Shown here: piece after piece, positions 23,997-32,291 of the stretch | Layout of the letters: the number at the start of each line of letters is the position of its first letter | How positions within the stretch are numbered: the first letter of the stretch is position 1 | NCBI GenBank assembly: GCA_045106295.1 | Contig: JBGCEI010000005.1 | Location: forward strand, 1 to 32,945 | Length of the DNA stretch: 32,945 nt | Source: Cyclobacteriaceae bacterium | GTDB taxonomy: Bacteria > Bacteroidota > Bacteroidia > Cytophagales > JAAEPT01 | Direction of reading: 5' to 3' | Notes under the pieces: model-generated | The model's input: the letters and a program-made list of their open reading frames with translations, nothing else | Databases searched by the model: none | Told to the model about the DNA's origin: nothing | Program-made: the position numbers and the translations under genes

Positions 23997-24083
23997 AGAG
24001 AGGTGTCCGAGTGGCTTAAGGAGCACGCTTGGAAAGCGTGTAAACTCGCAAGGGTTTCGAGGGTTCGAATCCCTCTCTCTCTA
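23997..24083 (+). tRNA. tRNA-Ser (anticodon GGA), class II with long variable arm
   Basis: Hand fold. Acceptor AGAGAGG/TCTCTCT (G7-U66 wobble). D arm TCC-GAGTGGCTTAA-GGA. Anticodon stem CACGC/GCGTG with loop TTGGAAA. 18-nt variable arm. T arm GAGGG-TTCGAAT-CCCTC. CCA is not encoded. The ends are good to about 1-2 nt. Confidence 0.9.
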
Positions 24084-24118
24084 CGGACAGTAAAACATTA
24101 ATTTGAATTTAATATAAA

Positions 24119-24952
24119 ATGAGAAAATTCGTCATTACACTTTCTTTCCTAGGTTTAGGGTTATTTGCTCAACCTCAACTTTCTATGAGTCAGGAAACAG
24201 CTACTGAGCAAGTAGATACTACAGCTAAAGAAACGCCTGACAGCGCAACAATGGAAGCAGCTGCTCCAGTGAAAGAAGTAGCTACTGAAGCGGTTCAAAA
24301 AGAAAAAGTGAAAATAACCGTATTCCAACACATCAAGCAGAAGTTTGTAGAAGGTGGAGTAATGTTTATGAGTTTGGTATTGATTTGTTTAATCATTGGA
24401 TTAGCGATCGCTATCGAAAGAGTTATTATTTTAAACCTTTCTTCTACGAATGTATCTAGTCTATTGGCTAGCATGAAAGATGCTTTATCTTCTGGTGGTA
24501 CTGCAGCAGCACAGCAATTAGCAGCAAGAACTAAAGGACCTGTAGCCTCTATCTTTTCTCAAGGGTTATTACGTTCTGGAGAAGGAATTGAAAACGTAGA
24601 GAAATCAATTATTTCTTACGGTTCTGTTGAGATGGGTAAATTGGAAAAAGGATTGTCTTGGATTTCTTTATTTATCGCTATTGCTCCTTTATTAGGTTTT
24701 ATGGGAACGGTAATCGGTATGATTGATGCATTTGACTCTATTATGAATGCAGACGGGATCGAGATTTCAGAAGTAGCTGGTGGTATTAAAACAGCACTTT
24801 TAACGACGGTAGCAGGTTTGATCGTAGCTATTATTCTACAAGTATTTTACAACTACTGTGTATCTAAAATTGATAGTATCGTCAATCAAATGGAAGATGC
24901 TTCTATCTCTTTTGTAGATACATTAATTGCACACGAAGCAATCAAAAAGTAA
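24119..24952 (+). CDS. exbB: MotA/TolQ/ExbB proton-channel family protein
   Basis: 277 aa. Signal peptide plus an acidic N-terminal extension, then 3 TM helices. Includes the conserved C-terminal block LGFMGTVIGMI..F.........GI..AL.TT..GL..AI. Confidence 0.9.
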   Translation: MRKFVITLSFLGLGLFAQPQLSMSQETATEQVDTTAKETPDSATMEAAAPVKEVATEAVQKEKVKITVFQHIKQKFVEGGVMFMSLVLICLIIGLAIAIERVIILNLSSTNVSSLLASMKDALSSGGTAAAQQLAARTKGPVASIFSQGLLRSGEGIENVEKSIISYGSVEMGKLEKGLSWISLFIAIAPLLGFMGTVIGMIDAFDSIMNADGIEISEVAGGIKTALLTTVAGLIVAIILQVFYNYCVSKIDSIVNQMEDASISFVDTLIAHEAIKK

Positions 24953-24977
24953 GTCTGAACCCTTAACACATAAGTTT

Positions 24978-25382
24978 ATGTTAGATTTTATTCAGAAAAA
25001 AGGATTATACCTTACATTAGGAATTGCTGTAGTAATTATAGCTGGTTTCTATGTATCAGGTAGCGTATCTTTTATCATAGGAGGAGCAGTCGTATTATTG
25101 GTTATCGGTATTTTAATAGCCTTGGTATTGCCTATTCTTTCTGCCATTAAAGATCCTAAAACAATCATTAAAGCAGTAATTGGTGTAGCAGCTATTACTA
25201 TTTTCTTTTTGATAGGATATGCGGTATCAAACGATTTGGTGTTGAACCCTAAGCAAACAGGTTTTATTTCCCCTGATGGTGCTAAGTTTTCAGGTGGGGT
25301 ATTGAATGCAACTTACATTTTAGTAGTGATAGCAGTACTGACTGTACTAGCTGGTCCATTTCTTAAAAGATTGAGTAAGTAA
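24978..25382 (+). CDS. Small integral membrane protein (4 predicted TM helices), unknown function
   Basis: A hydrophobic ORF wedged between exbB and exbD. Start moved to the ATG at 24978, because the track start at 24927 overlaps exbB. Its stop overlaps the exbD ATG as TAATG. Confidence 0.5.
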   Translation: MLDFIQKKGLYLTLGIAVVIIAGFYVSGSVSFIIGGAVVLLVIGILIALVLPILSAIKDPKTIIKAVIGVAAITIFFLIGYAVSNDLVLNPKQTGFISPDGAKFSGGVLNATYILVVIAVLTVLAGPFLKRLSK

Positions 25383-25933
25383 TGATCAAACGTAAAACAA
25401 GACAAGCAGAAGAAGTAAATGCCAGTTCAATGGCAGACATTGCCTTCTTGCTGTTGATCTTCTTTTTGGTAACCACTACTATTGTTAGTGAAAAGGGTGT
25501 CAACTTTATTCTACCTCCTAAGAAAGAAAAGGACGTAGAGATTAAGTTGCACGACAGAAATATTTTCAAAGTATTAGTGAATTCAAACGATCAATTATTG
25601 ATTGAAGATCAATTTGCTAAACTAGACGATGTGCGTTCACTGGCAATGGAATTCATTACCAAAGGAGCTGATAGCCCTCAGGATGCTATTATATCTTACA
25701 AAACGGATAGAGGGACATCGTATGAGATGTACATTTCTGTATTAAACGAATTGAAGGCAGCTTATCACCAGTTGAGAGCTGATCAAATGGGGGTTACTAA
25801 AACGATGTACTTAAAGTACGATGAAGGAAGTAAATCTATGTCTAAAACAGTGAAAGCTACGTACGATACATCTAAGAAGTCGTTTCCTATGCAGCTTTCT
25901 AGAGCAGAACCTAGTGATATTGGAACTTATTAA
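25382..25933 (+). CDS. exbD: ExbD/TolR family biopolymer transport protein
   Basis: 183 aa. N-terminal SSMADIAFLLLIFFLVTTT anchor, typical of ExbD/TolR, followed by a periplasmic domain. Confidence 0.85.
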   Translation: MIKRKTRQAEEVNASSMADIAFLLLIFFLVTTTIVSEKGVNFILPPKKEKDVEIKLHDRNIFKVLVNSNDQLLIEDQFAKLDDVRSLAMEFITKGADSPQDAIISYKTDRGTSYEMYISVLNELKAAYHQLRADQMGVTKTMYLKYDEGSKSMSKTVKATYDTSKKSFPMQLSRAEPSDIGTY

Positions 25934-25939
25934 GTAGAT

Positions 25940-26392
25940 ATGTCTAAGTTTAGAAAAAAAACAAAAACATCGCAGGCAGTACCTACTTCCTCACTTCCGG
26001 ATATTATTTTTATCTTGTTGTTCTTTTTTATGGTAGCTACTAAGCCTATTGAACAAACTTTAGTAAAAGTAGCTCAACCACAAGCTTCGGAGTTGCAAGA
26101 ATTAGAGAAAGTGAATTTGGTAAGTAATATTTACATTGGTTCGCCAAATGATAAATCATTAGGATCTGAACCAAGAGTACAAGCCGATGACATCTTTGTA
26201 ACACCAGATCAAATACCTCAGTTTATTGAAACACAAAGAGTAAAACTAGGCGATGCAAAAGCAGGGCTTTTAGAAATCTCTTTGAAAATAGATAAAAACA
26301 CAAAAATGGGTATGGTCATAGATGTAGAAGAACAACTACGTGAGGTCGATGCTCGTAAGGTAAGTTACTCAGCAAATAAGAAAGGAGAGTAA
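25940..26392 (+). CDS. exbD: ExbD/TolR family biopolymer transport protein (second copy)
   Basis: 150 aa. SSLPDIIFILLFFFMVAT anchor motif, then a periplasmic domain. Starts 6 nt after the first exbD. Confidence 0.85.
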   Translation: MSKFRKKTKTSQAVPTSSLPDIIFILLFFFMVATKPIEQTLVKVAQPQASELQELEKVNLVSNIYIGSPNDKSLGSEPRVQADDIFVTPDQIPQFIETQRVKLGDAKAGLLEISLKIDKNTKMGMVIDVEEQLREVDARKVSYSANKKGE

Positions 26393-26424
26393 AGAAACCT
26401 TAACTGCTTACACGAGTTTCAAAA

Positions 26425-26460
26425 AGAGTTTGAGGTACCTACTTCAAACTCTTTTTTTTT
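26425..26460 (+). terminator. Rho-independent terminator of the exbB-exbD operon
   Basis: 12-bp stem agagtttgaggt (26425-26436) / acttcaaactct (26441-26452) with one G-U pair and loop acct, followed by 8 T (26453-26460). Confidence 0.85.
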
Positions 26461-26522
26461 GATCACAGAGTCCCTTTCTTTAAATTATGATTTAGTTTTA
26501 CCCATTACTAATTATCTAAGAG

Positions 26523-27650
26523 ATGAAGTATACAGTTGTTTTTATTTGTTTTATATTTTCTAGTCTGGCATTTTCTCAGCCATTAAACAAAAAAACTATC
26601 TTCGGTAACTGTGAAGATTATCAGTTGAATACAAAAAAAATCAAAGTGTGGTGGGAAGAAATGGATCACATAATAGAAAACATAGAAAAGGTTACAGTTG
26701 AATTAGACTCTATCTCTGTCCCTTCATCAAAGTGTACGAAAAAACATATCGTTTTTTTTACTAAAGGAGAAGGACTTGAAAAAAGTTTAGAAAGTGCCAT
26801 TAAAAAATCATTCCCAAAAAATATAGAGGCTAGAGTGTGGATTAAAATTACAGATGTAAGGATTATTAATAATATGTTACCTACATCTAACCCTAGGATT
26901 TATATGTCATTAGATTATTTGTATAAAAATGAATTAGGGGTTTATGAGAAAGTATACTCATCAACTAAATTTCAAGAGTTTATTCGTTTTATTGAAAAAC
27001 CGTTATCAAGGATGATTAATGAGTCTACAAGATCTTTTTTAATTAAAAAGCATAAACTTAAACTGATGAACTCGTCAAATACGTTAGCTGAAAAAATACA
27101 AAAGGGTATTTATTCAAGTTTTGAACAATTACGAGATAACAGACCGTTTTTTGTGAATGATTTAAGTTTAATTCCCGTATCGGATAAGAAAAAAATCATA
27201 AAGTATCAATTAAAAGATATTGATTATGATAGTGATATTTTTAACTCAACTCTTTTTATAAATGATGGGGAGGATACCTATCTTAATGTTAATTATTATT
27301 ATCCTAGATACCACTTTACGAAAGTATCTAAATTAGATTCAAACTATTTTTTTATATATGATCAAATTTACGATCGTGCTCAAGCTGCAAGAAATACAGG
27401 GGCTTATGGTGGTGGGTTATTAGGAGCAGTTATAGCTTCTGCGACAACCCAAGCTAAATTACCTGCGTTAATTAATAAAAAGACGGGGCTACTTACGGCT
27501 TTTTTATTAAATGATATTGAAAAAATATTCCCTAATCAACCTGATATTATCGATAAATATAAATTGATATTAAAAAACGGAGATAGAGAATCACTGATTG
27601 TTTTTTTTAAACAATTATTGTCTAATAATAAGATATTTAAACTAGAGTAA
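26523..27650 (+). CDS. Secreted hypothetical protein with a Gly-rich hydrophobic segment
   Basis: 375 aa. Signal peptide MKYTVVFICFIFSSLAFSQ. I recognise no catalytic motifs. GAYGGGLLGAVIASATT is a glycine-zipper-like segment. AT-rich (15/60 G+C in the line starting at 27241). Confidence 0.5.
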   Translation: MKYTVVFICFIFSSLAFSQPLNKKTIFGNCEDYQLNTKKIKVWWEEMDHIIENIEKVTVELDSISVPSSKCTKKHIVFFTKGEGLEKSLESAIKKSFPKNIEARVWIKITDVRIINNMLPTSNPRIYMSLDYLYKNELGVYEKVYSSTKFQEFIRFIEKPLSRMINESTRSFLIKKHKLKLMNSSNTLAEKIQKGIYSSFEQLRDNRPFFVNDLSLIPVSDKKKIIKYQLKDIDYDSDIFNSTLFINDGEDTYLNVNYYYPRYHFTKVSKLDSNYFFIYDQIYDRAQAARNTGAYGGGLLGAVIASATTQAKLPALINKKTGLLTAFLLNDIEKIFPNQPDIIDKYKLILKNGDRESLIVFFKQLLSNNKIFKLE

Positions 27651-27671
27651 AGTATAATAAGCTGCTTTCAA

Positions 27672-28388
27672 GTGACAAAAAGTAATTTCACAGTACTACA
27701 TAAAAAAGAGACCTCCTTATTAAAAGCACAAATAGCAGCTTTAGAAAAGGAACTTGAAGAAGTAGAGCGGAAGGTGAGCGCATTTGAGCACCAATTGCAA
27801 TCTCACCTCATAGAAGAACTGATAGAGGAGCAGGAGCTTAGTTTGTTGTACAAAAAACAAAAGCTAGAAAAGAAAGCCAAGCGGCTAGAACAGAAGAAAA
27901 AAGGAAAGAATTTTAAGGAGGTAGTAGGTGTACAGCACATCAAACAAAAAGTTGACTCACAAACAGAAGTAGGAGATAAAAAAGAGCGTAAGCGGTTGTA
28001 TCGAGAGGCGATGCTGCATGTACATCCTGATAAATTTTCTATGGACGAGGGTAATCAAGGATTAGCTACAGAAATCACGTCTAAATTGGTCGATATTTAC
28101 CAATCAGGTAGTTTACAGGAATTACAAGCATACCATGCTTACATCTTTAATGGACAGGCGGAGTTAACGCTACCTGAATCTAGCGTAGCTGTAAAAACAG
28201 GAATCACTGATTCATATTTGAAAAAGGAAAAAGAACGTCTGGAACAAGCCATACAAAAGGTTAAAAGTAAGCATACGTACAAAGTCTTAATGGGGTATGA
28301 GAATCCTCTTTCTTTTGTAATAGAGCTAAAAGAATACTATTCAGACCGAATTTTTAAATTAAGAAAACGAACTAGAACAACTAACTAA
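27672..28388 (+). CDS. Coiled-coil protein with a degenerate J domain (HPD motif)
   Basis: 238 aa with a GTG start. N-terminal heptad-rich, charged region (LKAQIAALEKELEEVERKVSAFEHQL...). RKRLYREAMLHVHPDKF...ATEITSKLVDIYQSG matches J-domain helix II, the HPD loop and helix III (HPD at 28023-28031). Canonical helix I is absent. Confidence 0.5.
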   Translation: MTKSNFTVLHKKETSLLKAQIAALEKELEEVERKVSAFEHQLQSHLIEELIEEQELSLLYKKQKLEKKAKRLEQKKKGKNFKEVVGVQHIKQKVDSQTEVGDKKERKRLYREAMLHVHPDKFSMDEGNQGLATEITSKLVDIYQSGSLQELQAYHAYIFNGQAELTLPESSVAVKTGITDSYLKKEKERLEQAIQKVKSKHTYKVLMGYENPLSFVIELKEYYSDRIFKLRKRTRTTN

Positions 28389-29738
28389 GTGAAAGATTCT
28401 AAATCAAAAGGATTCGGTACAGAACCCTTAGGGAAACTATTGCTTCAACAAGCTGTTCCTGCTTCTATTGGAATATTGGTAATGTCTATTTATGGTATTG
28501 TAGATACTATTTTTGTAGGGAGATGGGTTGGTTCTATGGGGATTGCAGCCATCACGGTGGTGATGCCTATTCAGTTTTTGATTTCTAGTATTGGAATGGC
28601 AATTGGAATTGGTGGAGCGTCTATTATTTCTAGGGCTTTTGGTGAAGATAATAAGGAAAGAGCAGATCATACATTTGCGAACCAGATTACGTTTGTTATC
28701 ATATTTTCTATCTTGTTTTTTCTACTAGGTACTTTTTTCAAAGAAGATATCTTGCATCTCTTTGGTGCCTCAGGGAATGTGCTTCAGCCTGCCATAGATT
28801 ACTTCTCTATTATTTTAATTGGATTACCGTCTCTTACATGGGCTATGATGACAAACACAGTCATAAGGAGCGAAGGTTATCCTAAAGTGTCCATGTTTAC
28901 GCTTATTATTCCTGCATTCATTAATCTAGCGTTAGACCCTATTTTTATTTTATACTTTGATATGGGAATCAAAGGAGCAGCATGGGCTACCTCTATCTCA
29001 TTTATAGTCTGCTCTGTGTATACGAGCACTTTCTTTTTTACCAAATATGCTAGTTTAAGAGTTCGTCTGAAAAACCTGGTATTAAAAGCGAGTCTTGTAA
29101 AAGAAATTTCATCTATTGGCTCAGTTACATTGTCTAGACAAGGCGCTATTAGTGTATTGGCTATTGTACTAAATAACAGTTTAGTTTTTTATGGAGGAGA
29201 AATTATGCTGTCTGTATTTGGCGTTATTGGAAGAGTGTTAATGTTTGCCAATTTCCCAGTATTGGGTATTACACAAGGGTTTGTTCCTATTGCAGGCTTC
29301 AACTATGGGGCAAAGTTATTCCAACGGTTAAAAGAATTTATTATCTTATCAGTTAAATCTATTACTTTTTTGTCAATAGGGATTCTTGCAGTTCTAATCA
29401 TTTTGGCTAGACCAATCATCACCTTGTTTACTCAAGATGTAGAACTGATTAATCAGACAGTCCCAGCCATGCGCATTGTATTTATAGCTACGCCTTTAAT
29501 CGGAATTAATTTATTGGTTAGTGCGTACTATCAGGCAATTGGAAAAGTAGTTCCAGCCTTGTTATTAACATTGTGCAAGCAGTTGTTTTTCTTAGTGCCA
29601 TTAGCACTTGTATTGCCTCTCTTTTTTGGGATAGATGGTGTGTGGTATGCCTTTTTCTTTGCGGATATACTTACTGCTGTTGTCAGTTACTATTATTACA
29701 AAAAGGCGTTGAGAAGTATCAATGGATTAATAGAGTAA
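28389..29738 (+). CDS. MATE family efflux transporter
   Basis: 449 aa, 12 TM helices. N-terminal LLLQQAVPASIGILVMSIYGIVDTIFVGRWVG is the typical MATE opening. The GTG start immediately follows the upstream TAA. Confidence 0.9.
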   Translation: MKDSKSKGFGTEPLGKLLLQQAVPASIGILVMSIYGIVDTIFVGRWVGSMGIAAITVVMPIQFLISSIGMAIGIGGASIISRAFGEDNKERADHTFANQITFVIIFSILFFLLGTFFKEDILHLFGASGNVLQPAIDYFSIILIGLPSLTWAMMTNTVIRSEGYPKVSMFTLIIPAFINLALDPIFILYFDMGIKGAAWATSISFIVCSVYTSTFFFTKYASLRVRLKNLVLKASLVKEISSIGSVTLSRQGAISVLAIVLNNSLVFYGGEIMLSVFGVIGRVLMFANFPVLGITQGFVPIAGFNYGAKLFQRLKEFIILSVKSITFLSIGILAVLIILARPIITLFTQDVELINQTVPAMRIVFIATPLIGINLLVSAYYQAIGKVVPALLLTLCKQLFFLVPLALVLPLFFGIDGVWYAFFFADILTAVVSYYYYKKALRSINGLIE

Positions 29739-29750
29739 ATTAATTCATCA

Positions 29751-30638
29751 TTATTTGTTCACCAAATAAACCCCTACGAAAATCAAAGCAGAATAAGCTA
29801 CCTGTTCTAAAGTGAAATATTCCCCAAACACTAAGTAAGCAGTAATAGCCGTAAAAAAAGGTTGTAAATAGATATAAAAACTTACTCTAGTAGCATCTAC
29901 AAATTTCATTGCCCAGATATTTAAAATGTACCCAGCAGAGGTGACTACCAATACTAAAAAGGCGATGATAAGAAAAGCCTTAGGTGTAAATGAAGACCAT
30001 TCCACAGCCGTAAATTGATTGATGCAAATAGGGAAAGAAACTAAAGTACCAAAAAGGAAGACCCATTTTGCTACGGTTAACGCATGGTAATGTTTCATTA
30101 GTGGTTTTACTAGTATGAGGTAACCAGCAAAAAGCACACAATTTATCAATACATACAAATCTCCTATCAAATCTCCTTCATTTTCAGCAGATGAACTAGT
30201 TATGATAATTAATGCTGCACCAAGCATACCCAATAATAAACCGACCACTTTCAGCCAAGTGGCTTTTTCTTGTTTGCTTAATAAACTAATGATTAAGACA
30301 AATAGAGGAATAGCAATAACCAATAAAGAAGTATTTAAGGCACTTGTTTTAGCAATTCCAGAAAAAAACAACAATTGATTCATACTAGCACCAAAAACGC
30401 CACATAAGAAAAGAGGTAAGAAATGTTTTTTCTCTTTAATAGGTTCTTTGATTCTTAAAATAGTGACTAGTATCCATAGGAAAGCACAAGCTCCAGCAGA
30501 ACGAATTAACAGTAAAGCAACGGGCGATAAAAAAGCAGGGATTAATTGCTTTAAAAAAATGTAATTAACCCCATAAATCAACGATACTAAAACCAAGGTA
30601 GCATGAACAATCAATAAAGGAGGCGTTTTTTTAGGCAT
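29751..30638 (-). CDS. DMT superfamily transporter (two EamA domains)
   Basis: 295 aa, about 10 TM helices, internally duplicated EamA-like halves. Confidence 0.85.
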   Translation of the reverse strand: MPKKTPPLLIVHATLVLVSLIYGVNYIFLKQLIPAFLSPVALLLIRSAGACAFLWILVTILRIKEPIKEKKHFLPLFLCGVFGASMNQLLFFSGIAKTSALNTSLLVIAIPLFVLIISLLSKQEKATWLKVVGLLLGMLGAALIIITSSSAENEGDLIGDLYVLINCVLFAGYLILVKPLMKHYHALTVAKWVFLFGTLVSFPICINQFTAVEWSSFTPKAFLIIAFLVLVVTSAGYILNIWAMKFVDATRVSFYIYLQPFFTAITAYLVFGEYFTLEQVAYSALIFVGVYLVNK

Positions 30639-30682
30639 AGGCTAAAGGTAGGGAATAGAAATGCTAATTAAGTAAATCACAG

Positions 30683-32140
30683 CTACTTAAAAACATCACT
30701 TACTATCTTAGCCGATAATAAACACAAAGGGATTCCACCTCCAGGATGAACACTTCCCCCACAAAAGTAGAGTCCTTTAATATTGGAAGAGAAGTTCTTA
30801 TGACGCAAAAAGGCAGCCATTTTGTTATTCGAGCTAGCGCCATACAATGCCCCTTGGGAGCTCGAAGTCTTACTTTCAATGCTTCTAGGGTCTAACATTT
30901 TTTCTGTTTCAATTAAAGGCTCTATTGGTGTACTCAACATTCTAGACAACTTAGTAAGCACATGGCTTTTTGTCGTTTCGATTAATTGATCCCAATTTTG
31001 ACCTTCGTTACTCGGTACGTTCACCATTACAAACCAATTTTCATGCCCGCTAGGCGCATCACTAGCATTTTCTTTTGATGTAATATTAATGTAAACCGTA
31101 GGGTCAACATAAATATCTTTTTGTGAGAAAATGTGGTCAAACTCTTTTTTGTAATCCTCACTAAAAAATATGTTGTGAACATCCAGTTGAGGGAACGATT
31201 TACTAATACCCCAGTAAAAAATCAATGCAGAACTAGAGCGTGGTTGTGATAGAATTTTTTCAGGAGCGTTATGCTTTGCTAACAACTTTCTGTAAGTAGG
31301 CACAACATCCATATTGCTAATCACTCGATCACAGTTAAACAACTGATTAGTAGTTTTTACACCTGTAACCTTATTCTTTTTCACTACTATTTCTGCTACC
31401 TCTTCATTGAAACGATAGCAGACGCCAACATCCAACGAAAGTTGATGCAATGCCTTTGTGATGCTGTGCATTCCCCCCTTTGGGAAATACGTACCCATAT
31501 TATGTTCTAGATTTGGGATTACATTCAGTACGCCAGGAGCAAGGTATGGGCTAGATCCATTGTAAGTCGCAAAACGATTGAAAAGCTGAACAAGTTTAGG
31601 GTGTTTTAACTTTTCTTCATTCACCTCATTCATTGTCTTATTAAGATTCAGAGAGCCTATGTTGAACAATGTTTTGAATAATTTTAGGTCAAGGTAAGTC
31701 TTGAGTTTGTGTAGTGACTTTTTGAGAAAAAAGGGCGTAGTAAGTAGGTGTAGTTTTTCACTATGAGAAAGATAATCTAATATTGTTTTTTGGCTTACGC
31801 CTAATTTCGCGTAAATCTCATCTGCAAACCTTTTTCTGTCTGTATTTCCTTCTATTACTGTCCCATCTTCATAAAAATAATGACATGTTTTATCCAAGGA
31901 TTTGTAGTCAAAATAATCGGTGTATTTTTTGCCACAAAGGTCAAATAAATCAACCACATTTTCAGGCATTGTAAAGAGCGATGGACCTGCATCAAAGCGA
32001 TACGCTCCAGACTGGAAAGAAGTTAGTTTACCACCAGGATAATCATTCGCTTCAAATACAGTGACGTGATGTCCTTTTTTAGCCAATCGAATAGCTGAAG
32101 CCATTCCTCCAATTCCAGAACCAATAATTGCTATTTTCAT
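30683..32140 (-). CDS. Phytoene desaturase family FAD-dependent oxidoreductase (CrtI/CrtD-like)
   Basis: 485 aa. N-terminal dinucleotide fold KIAIIGSGIGGMASAIRLAKKGHHVTVFEANDYPGGK. C-terminal GLYFCGGSVHPGGGIP, typical of the CrtI family. Exact substrate is not assignable from sequence alone. Confidence 0.85.
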   Translation of the reverse strand: MKIAIIGSGIGGMASAIRLAKKGHHVTVFEANDYPGGKLTSFQSGAYRFDAGPSLFTMPENVVDLFDLCGKKYTDYFDYKSLDKTCHYFYEDGTVIEGNTDRKRFADEIYAKLGVSQKTILDYLSHSEKLHLLTTPFFLKKSLHKLKTYLDLKLFKTLFNIGSLNLNKTMNEVNEEKLKHPKLVQLFNRFATYNGSSPYLAPGVLNVIPNLEHNMGTYFPKGGMHSITKALHQLSLDVGVCYRFNEEVAEIVVKKNKVTGVKTTNQLFNCDRVISNMDVVPTYRKLLAKHNAPEKILSQPRSSSALIFYWGISKSFPQLDVHNIFFSEDYKKEFDHIFSQKDIYVDPTVYINITSKENASDAPSGHENWFVMVNVPSNEGQNWDQLIETTKSHVLTKLSRMLSTPIEPLIETEKMLDPRSIESKTSSSQGALYGASSNNKMAAFLRHKNFSSNIKGLYFCGGSVHPGGGIPLCLLSAKIVSDVFK

Positions 32141-32291
32141 GTTTAAGACTTTGAGACGTTAGATACTAGACATTAGATTTGAGGTATGAGTTTACCTTGC
32201 CTGCCGCAGTCACGGTTAGGCTCTAGAGTCGTTGTACTTAATACCTGGGATATTGTACTTTATTCATTGTTAATTATCAATTATTCATTAC
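32141..32291 (-). repeat. Heptanucleotide-register tract filling the whole spacer between the K+ channel stop and the CrtI-family start
   Basis: Plus-strand units from 32141: gtttaag/actttga/gacgtta/gatacta/gacatta/gatttga/ggtatga/gtttacc/ttgcctg/ccgcagt/cacggtt/aggctct/agagtcg/ttgtact/taatacc/tgggata/ttgtact/ttattca/ttgttaa/ttatcaa/ttattca/ttactta. The reverse complement of 32141-32190 carries RTCT words (atct/gtct/atct/gtct/gtct) spaced 7, 7, 7 and 8 nt, ending at the ATG. Confidence 0.8.

Noticed and set aside
24927-24977. Track start at 24927 for the 4-TM protein
   Set aside because: It overlaps the exbB 3' end by 26 nt and adds a non-hydrophobic, basic 17-aa leader. The ATG at 24978 is more economical. 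Either start leaves the call unchanged.
25363-25569. Minus-strand ORF across the 4-TM/exbD junction
   Set aside because: It is antisense to two coupled genes and has no motifs.
28437-28670. Minus-strand ORF antisense to the MATE 5' end
   Set aside because: Shadow ORF. The translation is R/N/H-rich and low-complexity.
30639-30682. Possible additional heptamer array between the EamA and CrtI-family genes
   Set aside because: It parses as gctaaag/gtaggga/atagaaa/tgctaat/taagtaa/atcacag, but only two units resemble each other. That is too short and too weak to call.
31783-31974. Plus-strand ORF antisense to the CrtI-family gene
   Set aside because: Shadow ORF.
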